From assembly GCA_051294905.1 (NCBI GenBank), contig CM119372.1:38566001-38630000 (forward strand): 64,000 bases of DNA, read 5' to 3'. Source of the DNA: Botryllus schlosseri. Its lineage: Eukaryota. Positions 1 through 15,204 of the stretch are shown here, piece by piece; positions within the stretch are counted from its first letter, which is position 1, and each line of letters begins with the position of its first letter. The notes under the pieces were generated by a model, which had not been told where the DNA came from, did not search any database, and was given only the letters and a program-made list of their open reading frames with translations. The position numbers and the translations under genes were made by a program.

Positions 1-552
1 AATTTACTCACGTCGGGCTGTCTTACTATAACATCCAAGAATTCGCTTAGAAAAAATCTATTCTCGGGCATTCTTCATATACATCCAAATCTCGTATACT
101 GAATGATAATCTCAAGTCATATTCATCCAGTAAGAATAATTATGTCTTACAGAATACCAACGACTTTTACAGTTAAATAAAAAAGACATATCATCGGAAT
201 TTGAATACAAAAAGGATTGATCAATCTAGTTTGCAAGTCGGAGTTTGTTTTAATTCAATATAATCCAACATAGTAGTAAGAAACTCTATTCGTATTCGTG
301 GATCTGGAATAATACTACATTGATGTCAAAGTGATAAATTACCATATCGGGATACGGTTCAGCTTTGGTTATACCGCGAGTCGCGAAAAGGAAGAATCTC
401 GCAAAAGATTTGGGTTAGAACATATGACACTTTTCTCACAGTCTGTATATTACCAAGTCAAGCCGATGGTTGTTCCGTGATGTCTTAATTACTTATTGTG
501 TACTACAATCTCCAAGACTGAGTGCGGTTTCTGTGATATCGATATTTCTTTG

Positions 553-1649
553 TTTGAAGAGCTTCTTAGAGGTAAAGAACTTCAATATACAATTGAACAG
601 TATATTCATATTGAAATGAATCCAAATATGTTCGGCTGACACTCGTCAGGAGTAATCGTCAGCAACTATATAGTAGAGAATTAGAAAGAACATTGTATAT
701 CAACAATCGCATCACAAAATATGACACCACCAGCATGAAATTTCAAATGAGAGAGCGTTGATTGTGCTATTTTTGGGTGGTACACGAACTCCTTTTGTTG
801 ACAAAGTTTTGGTTGCTGTATTTCGTAAAAGTCGACTCCAATGCACACAGATGGAAGTGTGAACGGCCCCCTCCCAACGACCAAAATCTGTCGACTCGAA
901 GATTATTCCCACAAATCGGATGCTCATAAATCGAGTGAGAGTTAACAGGAATACGTGATGAGCAGTGCTGTAGGATGGAGTGGTTTCCAGAGGCAACCAG
1001 ACAAAACAAATCGGCCAAGGAAATCCGAAATTACATTTGTTCAGTTGCGCGTAGACGTACATTAGGCTGTTGACTGCGGAAATGAGATCAGAGAAGCATA
1101 ATCCTGTTGTGATGACAGTAAAAAATCCCGACTTCATGCGTAACTAAGTAATAATCATGAGGATATTTGCGACTGACCCGACTATAGTCAAGAAAGCGAA
1201 TGCTGCCCATATTATTGACTCTTCCGTCGCGGTACGATTGGTAACATGTTCGTATTTCGAAAAATTAATCGGTGCCGCTGATAACTGGTCATAACAACCA
1301 TTGAAATTGAAATGATCCATCTCGTTGAACTCTATATCTATATTAATCTATTTACAGACCTAGACAAATTGAAAGAAAAAGAAACAAAATAGTGCATTAA
1401 CTACATTTTCCATATGTTTCATTTACAGCGATGCAGTAAGGGTTGCATTCAAAACAAAGAGTACATTTCGTGCTGGTGACGTCATATTTTGTGTAACGAT
1501 TGTTGATATACGATGTTCTTTTGAATTCTCTTCTAGTTGCTGACGATTATCCCAGACGAGTTTCAGCCGAAAATATTCGGGTTCATTTCAATATGAATGT
1601 ACTATTCAATTATATATTGAAGTTCTGTACCTCCAAGAACCTGTTCAAA
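553..1649. repeat. Inverted pair of ~115-bp dispersed repeats (553-668 and 1534-1649)
   Basis: tttgaagagcttcttagagg...cagcaacta is the approximate reverse complement of tagttgctgacg...ctgttcaaa. The same ~85-bp unit recurs at 34480-34565 and 39693-39778. Confidence 0.75.
905..1320 (-). pseudogene. Truncated class-A GPCR pseudogene, paralog of the 15458-16504 gene
   Basis: ATG at 1320 gives MDHFNF...IWAAFAFLTIVGSVANILMIIT*LRMKSGFFTVITTGLCFSDLISAVNS...HHVFLLTLTRF, colinear with TM1-TM3 of the intact GPCR (IWTAFGLLSLLGLVAN, TGLCFTDIISACNS, YHVLLLSYIRF). In-frame TAG at 1144-1146; similarity is lost after TM3. Confidence 0.85.
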
Positions 1650-4018
1650 ACAAACGGTGTTTTAAAACACCCTGTTCAAAACATGTTTCAAACAAATGCC
1701 TTTAAAAAAATTGTGTTTATTTAAGTTGTAAAATTATCCCATAATTGTGTAAATACTTTCCATTAAACATGCAACCCGATATAGCCGACGTATATCGATA
1801 TGGGATGGTTGGAACCCTGAAAATAAAATAGTCGGTTCAAAAGCAATACTTTCGAGGCATATATTTCGTCGAAGGAGATATATTTACCTTATATTTTCAA
1901 TTCTCAATGTCAAACCACTATGAAGTCGCAATTGAATATTCATGACGTCGTGGCTTTTCTCAACGCGAGTCGGAATCGAGTCGTTACAACCCTGTATTTG
2001 TTTCAGTTGGATCGATAGATTACCAAATTTTCCCACACCATTCAGAACGAATTGGACCTGGTGATGACGATGACGCGCGAGACCTTTGTTTAGTACACAG
2101 TTGTCGCCAGTTGAAGTAGGCACTAGAATAGACGCGATTACTGCTTCAATGTAATCGATTATAAATTACTACTAAAAAGCGCGATGACGATTTACTGAAA
2201 TATGTAATCACGATTTTTCACGACTACATCATATTCATTTTTCTTGGGCATTGAGAATGTACGAATACAACGAAGCTATAAGTGTTAGAAATCAGACTGC
2301 ATCATCAGGAAGAAACAATTTGAAAATGTTAACAGCATTTGCTATCACGTTTCAATGTATATATTTACACATCTTTATAGCCTACTATTTGGAGCCCGTA
2401 CCACATTTTACTGTGGCTGCAGCCCCCGTAGTGAGCAATGAGATTTCTATACTGTCAATAAACTGCTATATCGCACTGTTCCTTGATCAATTTATGTACG
2501 GATTTCAAACCAGTAAGTCGAGTATCGGTGCTATTGCAAAGCAATCGATTGTTTGTGCAAAATAATCAATTGCAATCTCAATTATATTATAACCTACTTA
2601 TTTTAAAGTTAGTCGATTGCGATTACTTGAAAATTCTGTAATTTTTGTAATTGATTGTCATTACAAATCCAGACTACCCCATGTCTTGGGCGTACAGTAT
2701 TTGTATTTGTACAGCGATAACAATAGTAAAAAAAGACGAGACAAACTAAGTGATAATAGCACGTCATTTAATGTTTATTGAAGAGGCTTTGTACGGGAGT
2801 TATATGTGGTTATCAATGGTAAACAATACACATTTATAACACAAGCATGTATATTCGGCAACATGTATGGACAAAAGTTAGACATTGCTACACTCACAGT
2901 TTAAAGCCATGCAGGATGAATTACATTGTATTTTATCGTTATTTTACCATATTATTGAAGACACGCGAAGCACACAATATTTCACTGGTTATCAACAGGT
3001 GTTCCCGGCAACCCGAGATGTTCCCCGATCAAAGCGGGACGTAAAGACACGCACTCAACTCAGTCATATGATGCGTGCGACTAGTGTGATTTTTTTAACA
3101 TGTCAAAATAAGTCAAAATTTTGTCAGAAGTACGGAGAAGTACGGAGTTTCGAATCCCAAACTCCCCTGCGTACGCTACTGCGCCGGACATACCGTCACA
3201 ACTGTCGGGCCTTATTACCTATAACTGCAATCAATGAATGGTGAAGACGGCCGTATCATCATTAATTATACGTATCAGTTGTGTGTGTTTCCTGATATCC
3301 AGGAAATCACTGAGACTGGGTCAGCGAAGCCGTAGTGTTCCGTGAAACGGCGGTTTAGTATCACTGCTATAGACTGTGGCTATATAGTGCCTACGCACTC
3401 AGCATTTCTGCGTATGGGTGAGCGTCAGCGATATACCGCCCTTTTGCGTTCATAATTAACGGTACATCCATTACTAGATCCAGATGCGACTCAATACGCC
3501 TGCATAGATGAGATCGCAAAATACACTGAGTTTAATGCTCCTTCGTACTTCGGCAACTCTTGGATTGATTGGATTGACTAGAGACAAGTCACAAAGTAAC
3601 TTAACTTGACTCGAATCAAAACGTGCAATGAATAAATTTTACTTGTTACTCAAAAGTATATAGGGACTTGTTCTTGACACCACATGACTCACATGAATCC
3701 TCTATCATTTTGTACGAACCAAGAGCAATCAAATGGTACCCTTGCACATGTGGCATACAAAAACTCAGTTCTATCGACGGTCCCTAGGAACAGGCCTCAG
3801 GATTGCCCATGCCCACGCATGCGTCCGCACTAACGGAAAAATGGCATTACTCATAAATCTACATTACGCAACGCGGTTATGTCCAAACGATAAAGACGTG
3901 GCAAACCCGTCACAGCTGAACTGATGATATCTGAGATTAAAATGCTATTCCGAAATATTTGAATGCTCCATCGGTTCCATTTCTCTCAGCGGCCACTATA
4001 ATGCAGATCGAATGTCTA

Positions 4019-7000
4019 CCCAGCAAACACAGAATATATTGCATATATATTGTGTATATGTCTCAACTACTTCAAAATATATCTAGTCATATGTATTGTT
4101 TATATAAATCTGTCGACACATTTGCACATATATAGGATATCTTCAAAGATACCTGTATGACATTGTCATGATATCTTGCTTGACCCTAGATGCCCCCTGA
4201 CCCTAGGTGACCCCTGACCCTAGTTAGGTACCTGGACCTGCCACATCCTGCACTGCCCTTATCAAGGAAGACTGACTGATAATTTTACAAATCATGCATG
4301 GCTTTGTTCGTGTATTAAATCAGCACAGAACTGCGCAATCACTTCAGCAAATATTGCTGCCTAAGCATAAGTTCGAAATCGTTGTCGGAATTGTCAGACT
4401 CTGTGATGACAGCCTTGTTCCTGTTATCTTCTTTATAGCCACCCTGTAACATAAACGAGTAGATTAGTACAATTGATTATTATCACTGTAGAATAAAAGT
4501 TGTTCTGTTTGGTTGTGAGTAAAGTGGGATGATGATCTAAGTCACATTCAATAAAAGACTTGAAGTCCTCTTTCAAAAGCGACATGACCTTTACTTTCAC
4601 ACTGAAGATATAATCAACGCAGTTACGCTGTCAAGATGAGACACCAGAACCTGTTCAATAATGCCTGTCATTATAGAGATGATTTTCATGCTATTGGCGT
4701 CATGAAGTGGCTGCTGCTGGAAACGGATTTCAAAACCTATAGTTTGGGCACGGGGTGAAGATTGTTCTCCACATTATTATTTTAATATTAATATGGTAAT
4801 AGTTGCCTGTGAGAGGCTGATGTGATATTGATCGCTCCTTCCATGCACGACACAGCAAATATATGCATTGGTTCCCAAACTGTGGTCAGCGAGACAATTT
4901 TTATGACTGCGTAGTACCTTCCAGAAATTCACACGATCCAGAAATTTTCAGAGATTTGAATTCCTTGAGTATAAAAATCTTTAGACAGGTTATTGTCTAA
5001 ACCAAAATCGAAGTTGCTTAAAATTATTTTGTAAATCAACACAAAGTAGAGTTATTCAAATTAAATTTTAATCTCCCCGTGCGAGACAAATGCGACCCGC
5101 GGAGGGAAATTGTAAAGGTCTGTCTCGTAAATTTTCTCGTAAAGTTTGGGGACCACTGATATACAATGTTCTGAAGATGAGCGGTAACAACAATTCACTT
5201 GCAGTTCAATAATATCATCAAAGACACAACTGTCACACCACACAGGCTTAACTTTACAACAAAATTACCTTGCAAGATGCAGCAACAGTTAGAGATCTTG
5301 CAACCTGATCTTTAGTTCTTTTATCTGGGATCTCGAGGTCAGGATGAGCCGATCTGCATGCTCCTAAAAAGAGATATAACTAGATGAAGATGTCCACTGT
5401 CCAGTCATGGTATATTATACATCAGACAACGAACAAGTTTCATTGATATAAGAGACTGTTGGAGGTATAGAATTCCAATATACTATTGAATAATATATTC
5501 ATATTACAATAATATATTCAATTGCAGCTGAATATTTTCTGCTAAAACTCATTAGCAACTAGAGTACTAAAGTAGGTAACTTAGCACATCACGACATCAT
5601 TATTCTTATTACCAAATATGACGTCAAACGATTAAAATGTTGAAAAATCGAGGCTAGGGCTCAACTTTTTTTTACATTGATTACGTTTAATTTCCGTCAA
5701 TAACCGTTGATAACTTACGTCTAATAGTCTTTTCAAGTGTCACTCTTGTTGTTTTCACCCTTAAGACTAGGATTTTCATACTTTCTTTACAGCTATGCTG
5801 GTCATCATATTTCCGGCAATTGTACACCCCGGATTCCCATTAGAGCAGCTACCTGTAAAACATTATATTAGTGGTACACAATACAGATGGTACTGCCTTG
5901 CATTAATGGTTTGCACCAGAATTAACAATAACATTTATGGGCATTCTAGATAAAACCATCCACACCATAAATTTCATGGTCACGCTAATAAAAGGCTTGG
6001 TTGACTTTGCGATTTTGCAATAAATCACATTGGCAATTCAATTTTTGATAATAGAACTAATTTCGAAAAGGACCCCTGCAGTGTCTGAAAATGATTCCTT
6101 GGTGTCGGCGGACACCCCTGATTCAGACTGTCAATCGCTTTGTTCGAATGAGAAACAAAAACATACCAGCGCAGACTTTGCCGTTGTTCAAAGGTGTTCC
6201 AGCTGTGACAAGGTTTCACAGGGATCTTCAATTATATCTTCCGGCAAAATTGGACACTCGATTGAGGTCTTTTAGAGTCATGGTCGATATGATGTCTGAG
6301 GAAATCCATCATCTGGTTTTTCTGCAACTTTATGTCTTTGATGCACAAGCTAAAAAGGATTCGATTACAAGAAAGTTAGATTGACCATCATATGTGATAT
6401 ACTTACCATTACTTTATGACAGGCCACATTGTTGATGGTCAAAGTTTTGTAGTTCAACGATGATTTTAAATGAAGGAGCATCTGAAAAACAGAGATACTT
6501 TATTCTCAAATTCGAGAACGCATCAAAGTGCTAGGAACTTACTGCAGGACTTAGATCTCTGGCCGTTACATTCAATGTTGGGATCATAGATCATGCCATT
6601 CTTGAACACTCTTTTCGCTAAATGATGGCAAACTTGCATTGCGAGCATCATTGATATCACTCCTGCTTGCCACACTTTCATTGCCAGAATCATAAGATGA
6701 CCGCATTCTTGAAATTGGCATGTCTTGTATCTGAATACTTGGATTACGTTTCTTCCTTGCAGTGCAGGAAAAACATCATCTACAAATTATAAACGTTTTA
6801 CATATATGTACCATATTTCACGGAATAAAAGGGTATACCTTGAGTCCTTGACCATCTGTTGACGCCGAATTATTCAAAAATTGTTTGTTCAGCTGACGTT
6901 TTCGTTTTGGCCGCTGCGCTTCATGTTCAGTCCAGACAATGACAAAGACGTGAGCAAGCCACTACTCTCCGCAGCGTTTATTATATCACTAAAAGCTACC

Positions 7001-8474
7001 TTCAATACATCTAAAACAGATGGATAATGTAGATGGCAAAAGTAGGCCCACTTGGAAAACAGTACGCTAATTCTGAGTTTATAACATACTGGATGAGCAT
7101 TTCATTTGTATCTTTTATACAGAGACCGATTGCGATTATCATATTATGGTTGCTTTTTATTCTTAGCCTTGCCGTGCTATTTGCATTCTTACGCAACCAC
7201 CAGACATGCAATACTATTATAGATACAAACAATTTCACACAATTCACAATTCATAAGATATAAGCTAGTCTGAATTAATGAGATCACTTCTACATCGGTT
7301 TTCCAGCTTTTATGTATTACAGCAACAGCAACCGATTGTTCTTGTTCAACAAAAAGCACAACAGCAAATAATTGCTCGATTTATTGATCGACTAATACCC
7401 ACCTATATTCATTTACAGCAAATCCTTAAAGTAAGGTTGGAGTAAGTTGATATCCAGAAAATGTGCTCATGATTAGCCGCACAAGTTCTATAGTTTATTA
7501 GTTGGTTTGATATGAATCAAAGAATTATATTCAGACATAGCCGCCCAGTTATGATATGGACACCATATTACCAGAAAGACTAGACTAGTTCTATGAAGTT
7601 ATATCGTATTACCTCAAGTCAAGTCCTTAACTATGATTATATAAGAAGCATAGCCTATACAGTGCAGTTTTCGGTATTCTTCTATAGAAATATGCTTGGA
7701 TTAGCCTCAATCAACTGCGATTTCCCTGAACGCAACTAAAACCAAAACGACAACGATATCTGCACTGAAAGCCGCCATTATCAGAGCGCTTCTGTCTTTT
7801 GTCTGACGATTTGAAACCTGCGCGCCGAAACGGGTGTTCGCGTGGGAGAAAGTGCCTCAAGCCAGTGAGTCACTCGGCTCCGACGGCTAGACGGCTAGAT
7901 GGTTTTCAGCGTAGCCGGAGTGGATCCGGATTCTGAATTTGCTTTGACAGTCGGATTGTAGCAGGATTTTTCTATTGAACTTTCAAATAGTATAGCAATA
8001 TTTTGGCAGCAGTTTTTCGGATTACCCAGAATTGGAAATTCATAAGACTTTCAAATTGCCGCCTGGAGCCGTAATGGATTCGGATTCCAAAATTTGGGAT
8101 GGCCAAGAATCAAAATATCTGCAAAATCACGCGAAAGCGGCGTGTGACAAAAGGAAAAACATTCGATCATAGCAATTTACAACGATGTAAATTGCTATGA
8201 TTCGATAGTGGCAATGATTACGGTGATATATAACCCCATAAGAGTAAGACATCAATAAAATTGATACTAGATAAATTATACCATAAAATGAAACAATAAT
8301 CGAATTTGATTCCTCACAAATATATTTTCGGCATTTTGACGAAAGTTGTTGGATAAGAAAAAGATGTATTCAAGATACGTTTCCGCACAAGATATGCATA
8401 AACACAATTTTGAGATAATTAGGATAACAAAAAGATATCCGAACATGTCCTGAATATATCTCGTGTTTGCTGGG
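4019..8474. mobile_element. Degenerate DNA transposon, EnSpm/CACTA-like (CCCAGCAAACAC termini)
   Basis: 12-bp perfect TIR cccagcaaacac/gtgtttgctggg with further imperfect extension, TA on both sides. No intact ORF inside. Confidence 0.7.
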
Positions 8475-9608
8475 TATGTGATGCTATTCATATGTAAAAT
8501 CTGACTACAGCAGGTTGCATCGTGTAATACAATTCGCATATCATTCTCTCGATGGACCAGGTTTTACTTATATCTCAGGGCTACCAAACTCTTCATGAAT
8601 GCGACCCCAAATTTCGATTTGACAATGCTGCGTGACCCCAACTCTCGATTAGGCGTGCTGTTTACTAAAAAAATGGTCAGCATTTTCACAACTGTGCGCA
8701 TAATAGCATTTATGAACTTGTCAATCTCCGTCCCTTATTATGAAACTCAACTAAGACTACAGCAACGTAACACGAACGAAGGAACGAAGCATAGTCAAGT
8801 AGGGCCTACAGCTACGTAGAATAGCTTACTGAGTCACGCGAAATACAGATAACGATTCATAAGTTATTCAGCCGCGTCGGGCACGTGTGTATGTAATATA
8901 GTGTTAACGAATAGCGCTACCGATCACTTGTAGTTTTCTAGGAGTGACAAATTATAGTCTTATTGATTTTTATTATTCTTCCGACTCTTTAATCTTCATA
9001 GCGATGGCCAGACACCAACCTTAAGTTATAGCAGGGGGCATTTTAAAATGACGCTTCGACTGATCTGATAACTTGTTTAGCGGATTCGCATTCCTCAGGG
9101 GTCATTTTTCTTTCGATTTTGAAAATAAACGAAAATATTCAGATACGGGCCTCCGATAGCATCCGCTTAATTGGCATTCTTGTAATAGTCATCGATATTT
9201 ATTGTTCGTATCCGCGGCTCCAGAGAATAGGCACGCTATCATTAGAGAGCCCCGTATTACATTGTCGAAACACGCACCTGCCTGTACACAGCGTCCATGA
9301 CACGACAACGTTGCTGTTACCGCTTCCACAGTAATACTGTTTTCATTATCCCAACATTAATTCGAATGTGTAAGAATGTAATTATTTCACAACAACGCAT
9401 ATTCATGCGAATACGAAAGTATAACAGTTCCTATCAATTTTTCTCACGCGAAGCATGAGCGTCCTATAGGGCAGTGGTTCTCAACCTTTTTCACCTCGTG
9501 GACCGGTAAAATTTCAAAAGATATTCGGCGGACCGGTGGACAATAAAAGTATGAAATCAACCGTAAATGTAATGTATGCAGCCATTTTCTCCAAGTATGG
9601 TACTAGAG

Positions 9609-10449
9609 GAGAGTGGTCAACCTTTTTGCTATTCATGACCGCATTTCGATTACTTATACGGCCTACGGCCGCATTCCAGGACATAGTCGCACTTAACTAA
9701 CTTGACACCAAATACCCATGCTAACTGTCCATGTCCATTTCTGGTGACCGCCGGACTAATCTTTTTCACATCCTCTTCTTACTATACGCATCGAAATCGC
9801 TACATAGTGGTCATGTTACGAATAATGACAAGAACCTGCTATGGTCGCGCGAAACGCGAATTTTTTTTTCAGATTCACGAATGAATTTCGTCATTAATAT
9901 TCGTAGTTTCCCATATTACTATCAAAAGTTTATCCTATCTCAACCAAAGAGATTAGATTCATCGGTAGAGTTGATGGAGGGAGTGTTTTCGAAAATTGAG
10001 AGCAGATGATGCATCTTCGGGTGGACCAATTGTTAGTACAGTCACTTTGGTGCATGTTGTTATTTCGTGCCCTCCCATCAGGATTGTCGGTATAGTGGAA
10101 AGACATTGGAACCTCCCAAACATACCAGAAACAAATTGCTTTCGTGAGGAGCGCACGATTCCAAATTGTTATTTCTATATGGGGTGCATCATTTTCCTCC
10201 GCTGCTCGCATCTGTACTGTGGAACTCAGATTGTGATGGGTGCTACGACTATATTAGAATCGAAAATGAAGTCTCATTGAATTGCGCCTAGCGTGAAGAA
10301 AATTTGAAGATTGAATAAAATATCTTAAAAATCCGGGAGTTAATTCGTAAATTAAATTTTCATGACGACTGCCGCCAACACATACTAATTGAATCACGTG
10401 TCTACTGCCGCGCAAATTTCCTTCTACGGTCGCGGGTTGGTCACCCCTG
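9609..10449. mobile_element. Nested hAT-type MITE
   Basis: 8-bp TSD tactagag on both sides; right end gggttggtcacccctg, degenerate left end. Confidence 0.7.
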
Positions 10450-10674
10450 TACTAGAGAGTGAAATTTCAAGGGTTTTGTTCGTAATTATATATGTTTATG
10501 GTATTCATTTGATTTTACTGTAGAGCCTGCGAGTCGCTCGTTTAGCGAGTCAGTTCGTACTTAGCGAGTCGCTCACATGTCGTCACTGGAGACAGCTTAA
10601 ACTTTAAGTCAAATCGAACATGTTTCCGGGCCTAATTTTTCCTCGCGAAGTTCTGCATCAGTTTAAAATATGAC

Positions 10675-11215
10675 GTTTTACTTATTTTACCAATGGACAA
10701 GCCTTCAATGTCCCTCATATTTCAACGACAATACTTCACCTCGGAGACAAAGCGCACAAGTACAGCACACGCGCGTCAACGAAGAGCAACTACCATATGA
10801 TCAGGACTGAATACAAGAAAACGCATTGCTCTATCAAGTATGCCGGACCCCAATTGTGGAACAGCATCTCGCCGGCTATCCGACAGTCGCCGAGCATGTC
10901 TGCATTCAAGTCGAAATACAAGCAATTTCTTCTAAATGAATACTAGCCAGTCTTCAGGACTACCGGACCACGACCTAACATCGACCTCGCCCTCCGCCAC
11001 ATACCACCTTATTTTGTCGCTTGCGCCTTATTTTCTCTGCATTACTTTTCATTCAGTGTACATGCCTCTTATTTGCTTCGCCTAGGCTAATGGGGGTGTT
11101 TGATCTTAAAGGCTACTCCAAGTTGTTTCGACACCTTCCTATCTTTTCATTGTATCGCAGTCTTGTGATGTTTTTAAAACGATGAAAATATTAATAAACC
11201 TGATTGATTGATTGA
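10675..11215 (+). mobile_element. 3' fragment of a CR1/L2-group LINE
   Basis: Translates HKYSTRASTKSNYHMIRTEYKKTHCSIKYAGPQLWNSISPAIRQSPSMSAFKSKYKQFLLNEY* (stop 10944-10946), a typical ORF2 C-terminus, followed by a 3' UTR, aataaa and an (attg)n tail. Confidence 0.8.
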
Positions 11216-11641
11216 ACATCTTGCATCTTGATATTTGGTTATAAAATCTCAATATACCTCGCGGACCGGCAGAAAAGTCGTCGCGGACCGGCACCGGTCC
11301 GCGGACCGGCGGTTGAGAACCACTGCTATAGGGTATTTCTTGGAAATCGGTTATATTTCGAGATAATGCGAGGCGTTTACCATTTTTTATGTATCTTTTG
11401 CGCTTAACTGAGTCACAAAATGGCGTCAATATACATTCCGTTAAAGCCACTTCTAGATTCGTCTGTCTGACCTAAGCTGCAATATGAAATTCGGATCACG
11501 ACATTTTTAAATATGGATCTAAATGGATCCACCAAATGGACAATGGCTCAGGTTCAGGCTAATGATTGTTTCAGATAAATACTTAATGAGATATTGCTAC
11601 AAGCGATGCAATTGCACGATAACATGTGTGCAGACATTGAT

Positions 11642-11736
11642 GGGACATGGATTAACATTTGTAATGTGTAATGAGTTAATGAGACATGGATTAACATTTG
11701 TGATGTGTAATGAGTTAATGAGACATGGATTAATAT
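11642..11736. repeat. 39-bp minisatellite (~2.4 copies)
   Basis: gacatggattaacatttgt(a/g)atgtgtaatgagttaatga repeated in tandem. Confidence 0.85.
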
Positions 11737-12952
11737 GATGGGATATGAATTGAAAATTTTGACGCTTAATTTGTCAGTATAGTAACTGTACAATGTGTGT
11801 GTTTTGACACGATAACATGATAATGTATTTCGATACTAAACAGGAAAGAATTGCCTTGATGTATCCGAAACATAAATGGGGTTATTCATACCAGTGTAAC
11901 ATGTGCCTTTGTATAGAATGAATTCATGAATGTAAATGTGAAAATGAAGAATGGCTTGCTTATGACACAATCATAAGTAAACGTGCCTACAATATACAGT
12001 AATAAGGATGCAACTCAATTGGTTACCATTGATTGATGGAAAATACCTTTGGCTGAATTCTGTATATTGTAGATGTAATTGTGTGTGGTAATAAAAAATA
12101 ATTGTGTTGATATTGTAACTTGATAATGACATGTTTGCTGAATTAATGAATGGTTAGACTTTGTATTAAGTTGACATTAGTTAATGCAATTTACATAATT
12201 AAGGATAGGAAGGATGTTGGAATTTGACTATGTCGAGAGAGATTCATATATTCTGAATTGGATGAACCTAAGCTTAATATATGACGAACTGGACGAAGAT
12301 GACATACAAAAACACAATTCGAATGACGAAATTGCACATCGATGCAATCGATTTATAAATAATTCTTTGTAAATCTTACGTTAGTAGAATGGAGTGCTCC
12401 TAATGACATCTAATCCGACTGCAAGGCAATGGAATGTGACCAGGGATTAAGCGACTCTGGGTGATTTCGGAATGACGCGGAATTCAATTTTGGTAACTGG
12501 TGAGTCCGTTACTACATATCAACGATGTTTAACTTGCGGTAGTCGATGAACTATTATGCGACCGATATCACGCCATCCAAGAAGCATGTTTTGCGGTTCA
12601 ATAACATGCAATTCAAATTTACGAATTGACCCGCAAGCTGACATGCAGAATAAACAGCGTAAATGTCTTCAAGCAGACAGGAGGTAATCGTGATTAGCAA
12701 TCATAGCTGATTGCGACGGTTACAGCATTTTCAAGTAATCGTAATCGAAACAGATCATTTCATTTGAGTAAGAACGATAGCAATTTGTTTCTAAAAGGAC
12801 TATGACAGAAGCTGAAAATTCGTGAACAATGAAGAGTGCGACATTACACCACGGTATTGATGGAGGAAAACGTCGGATTTTCAAACGTCGCTGTTCATTA
12901 TTACGTCACGAGTATTGACTTTACGGGTCATTGCTAAAATGTTACTTTACAT

Positions 12953-15204
12953 CAGAGGCGGGAAAACTACGGCCCGCGGGCTGCATGCGGCCCGCAACAC
13001 CGTTCTGTGCGGCCCGCGAGGGTCTGAAGAAACCTTTTGAATATATTGATAAAATGCGTAATAAAAATCGAATTAATGCAGGGACTTGATTAATTCTTTT
13101 TCAGTATATTTCACTATGATAATTCTAAGACAGTGGTTCTCAAACTGGTGGGCGTGAAAGCATCTGAAGGGGACGCGAAGCTGAGCTTAACTGAAAAAAA
13201 TTTTCGCGATAGGCGCGATTTATATATAATTCAAAGTTATTGCTCTGTATTTAGTCTGAATTACATATTTTAAAATCTCTCATCCACAGTCGTAACCTTC
13301 CATGCCATCAAACTACCCGTTAGGTTTGCTAGCATCCAGGTTGCGTTTTGTGATATGACGATAAGGGGGCGCGAAATCTTTCACCGTCATAAGGGGGGAT
13401 GGGGGGGGGGGCGTGTCTTAAAAAGTTTGTAAAGCACTGATCTATGGTTATTACTTAATATCACAGCGGGATGGCTGCAACGAGATTGAAATAATTCGGA
13501 TCACGAGTGGGATTTCAGATTGACCACTCCATTTTTAATTATTTCAGTGTTGTGCTCATATAAAATAGGGTTGCCATACGTCCGGAATTTCCCGGACATG
13601 TCCGGAATTTCACTGTTAAAACTGCGTCCGGGAGGAATTTCTAAAATATGCCTAAATGTCCGGAATTTAGAAGGCTTGAAGGAAGCTCATATTTTTTTTC
13701 CTACCTAAACAAGACTATTTTGGGCAGATTTTTGCTACTTGACATTTTTCTTCGCGGTGTGCGCGATTTAGTATCGTATATATTGGTTTTAATATGGGGA
13801 CTACCGCCCTCGCAAAAACTGCGATCAAAAAATAAATAAAAAGTAACATTCATTTACAAAAAGAAGTCTAATTGTAATCGCAATTACAAGATAACGGTAT
13901 TCATAGAGTCGTCGTTTTAGGTCGTTTGGATGCTTAATTCAAAGATGATGGTTCTAAACCTGGGAGTAGTTTGTCTTCATTCTGGGGTTCGCGAAGATGT
14001 TGAACGTAATTATAGCTTCCAAAATAGGCTGTGAGTAGGTCTGGGCAAATGTGCTTACCTTTAATTAGTAATCATTTCATCAAATTTTGAGCTGGGCCTC
14101 AGCACATTTTCAAATTGGAAATGGATTCGCTACCATAAAAGGTTGGAAACCACGGGATGTGCGGTGTTTATATAGCTCAGTGGTGAAGTGCACACCCGCA
14201 TTAGGCTGATGAATAATCTTATCGGCGTGACATGAGCATGACTTAACAATGTACAATTACGCCCCTTGCAGTTTCGAAGTCATCATCCTACACCAGCTCT
14301 ATTCTACCGCTGACTCTGATTATGTGGGCGGAGAGAGGATTAAAATTATACGGTAATATATGGAAGAACCAATATTATTGACACAATTCATTCAAATCAT
14401 GTAACGACCAGATGCATATTGTAAACACCCAGAAGTTGTATCGAATACCCTACGATGGGCCCAAGATCAATGTTTATTTGGGCGGGATGGGGCTGAAAAT
14501 ATGTGGCTCCGGCCCAGGTTACAACATACAATACACAACAACATACTCCTGAACCGGATCGCGACCACCTCTAGTCGATAGACAAAGCGTTGCTCGTGTG
14601 ACGTCATATTGATCGACAATGCGCTCACACCTCATTTTGAAATCCGCTAGTGGGCGCTGAAGAGCGTTCGGAATTTGTGAAACAAAAATATGGTAACCCT
14701 AATATAAAACGATTCGGGCGTGTTTTAGGTAGATTCGTTATCTGTATGCGCAGAATTGGGGTATTTATATTTTATCTACACATAGTAGAAGCAGGTTTGA
14801 AGCTAACATGGTTATGATGCTGTCAGCATTGTGTGTTCTGGAACTGGACCAAAAGTGGAATCAGTAAATCTATGAACAGATCGCTGCTCACAGATTTGAA
14901 TTTCAATCCTGTTCTAAGAATCGGGCCAACCGACTTTCATCTCTATAGTTTTGACAAATTGGTTATCGAGGTCCGCCAGACTATGAAATCTCGCCACTAT
15001 AAGTTTCTGACGCATGTACGATATCATCAAAGCAATGTTTGGCGTGTTTTGAATATAGCACATATATTATCTCCTTGTCCTCATTATAATAATCAAATAT
15101 CAATATTGCGTTTTGGTTTATAATCCCAATTTTATATACTGCGGCCCGCGAATGGATTCAGATGTTGAATGCGGCCCGCGAGCTCAAAAGTTTGCCCACC
15201 CCTT
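12953..15204. mobile_element. hAT-type MITE with nested elements
   Basis: Ends cagaggcgggaaaact / agtttgcccacccctt, cggcccgcg subterminal motifs, TSD ctttacat. Confidence 0.8.
13566..14701. mobile_element. Nested hAT MITE (TAGGG type)
   Basis: TIR tagggttgccata/tatggtaacccta; TSD atataaaa. Confidence 0.85.

Larger units (their letters stand above)
9472..11325. mobile_element. hAT-type MITE with nested insertions
   Basis: TIR cagtggttctcaacc/ggttgagaaccactg; 8-bp TSD ctataggg. Confidence 0.9.

Noticed and set aside
4180..4225. tgaccctag short repeats as telomeric sequence
   Set aside because: Only a few degenerate units inside a transposon.
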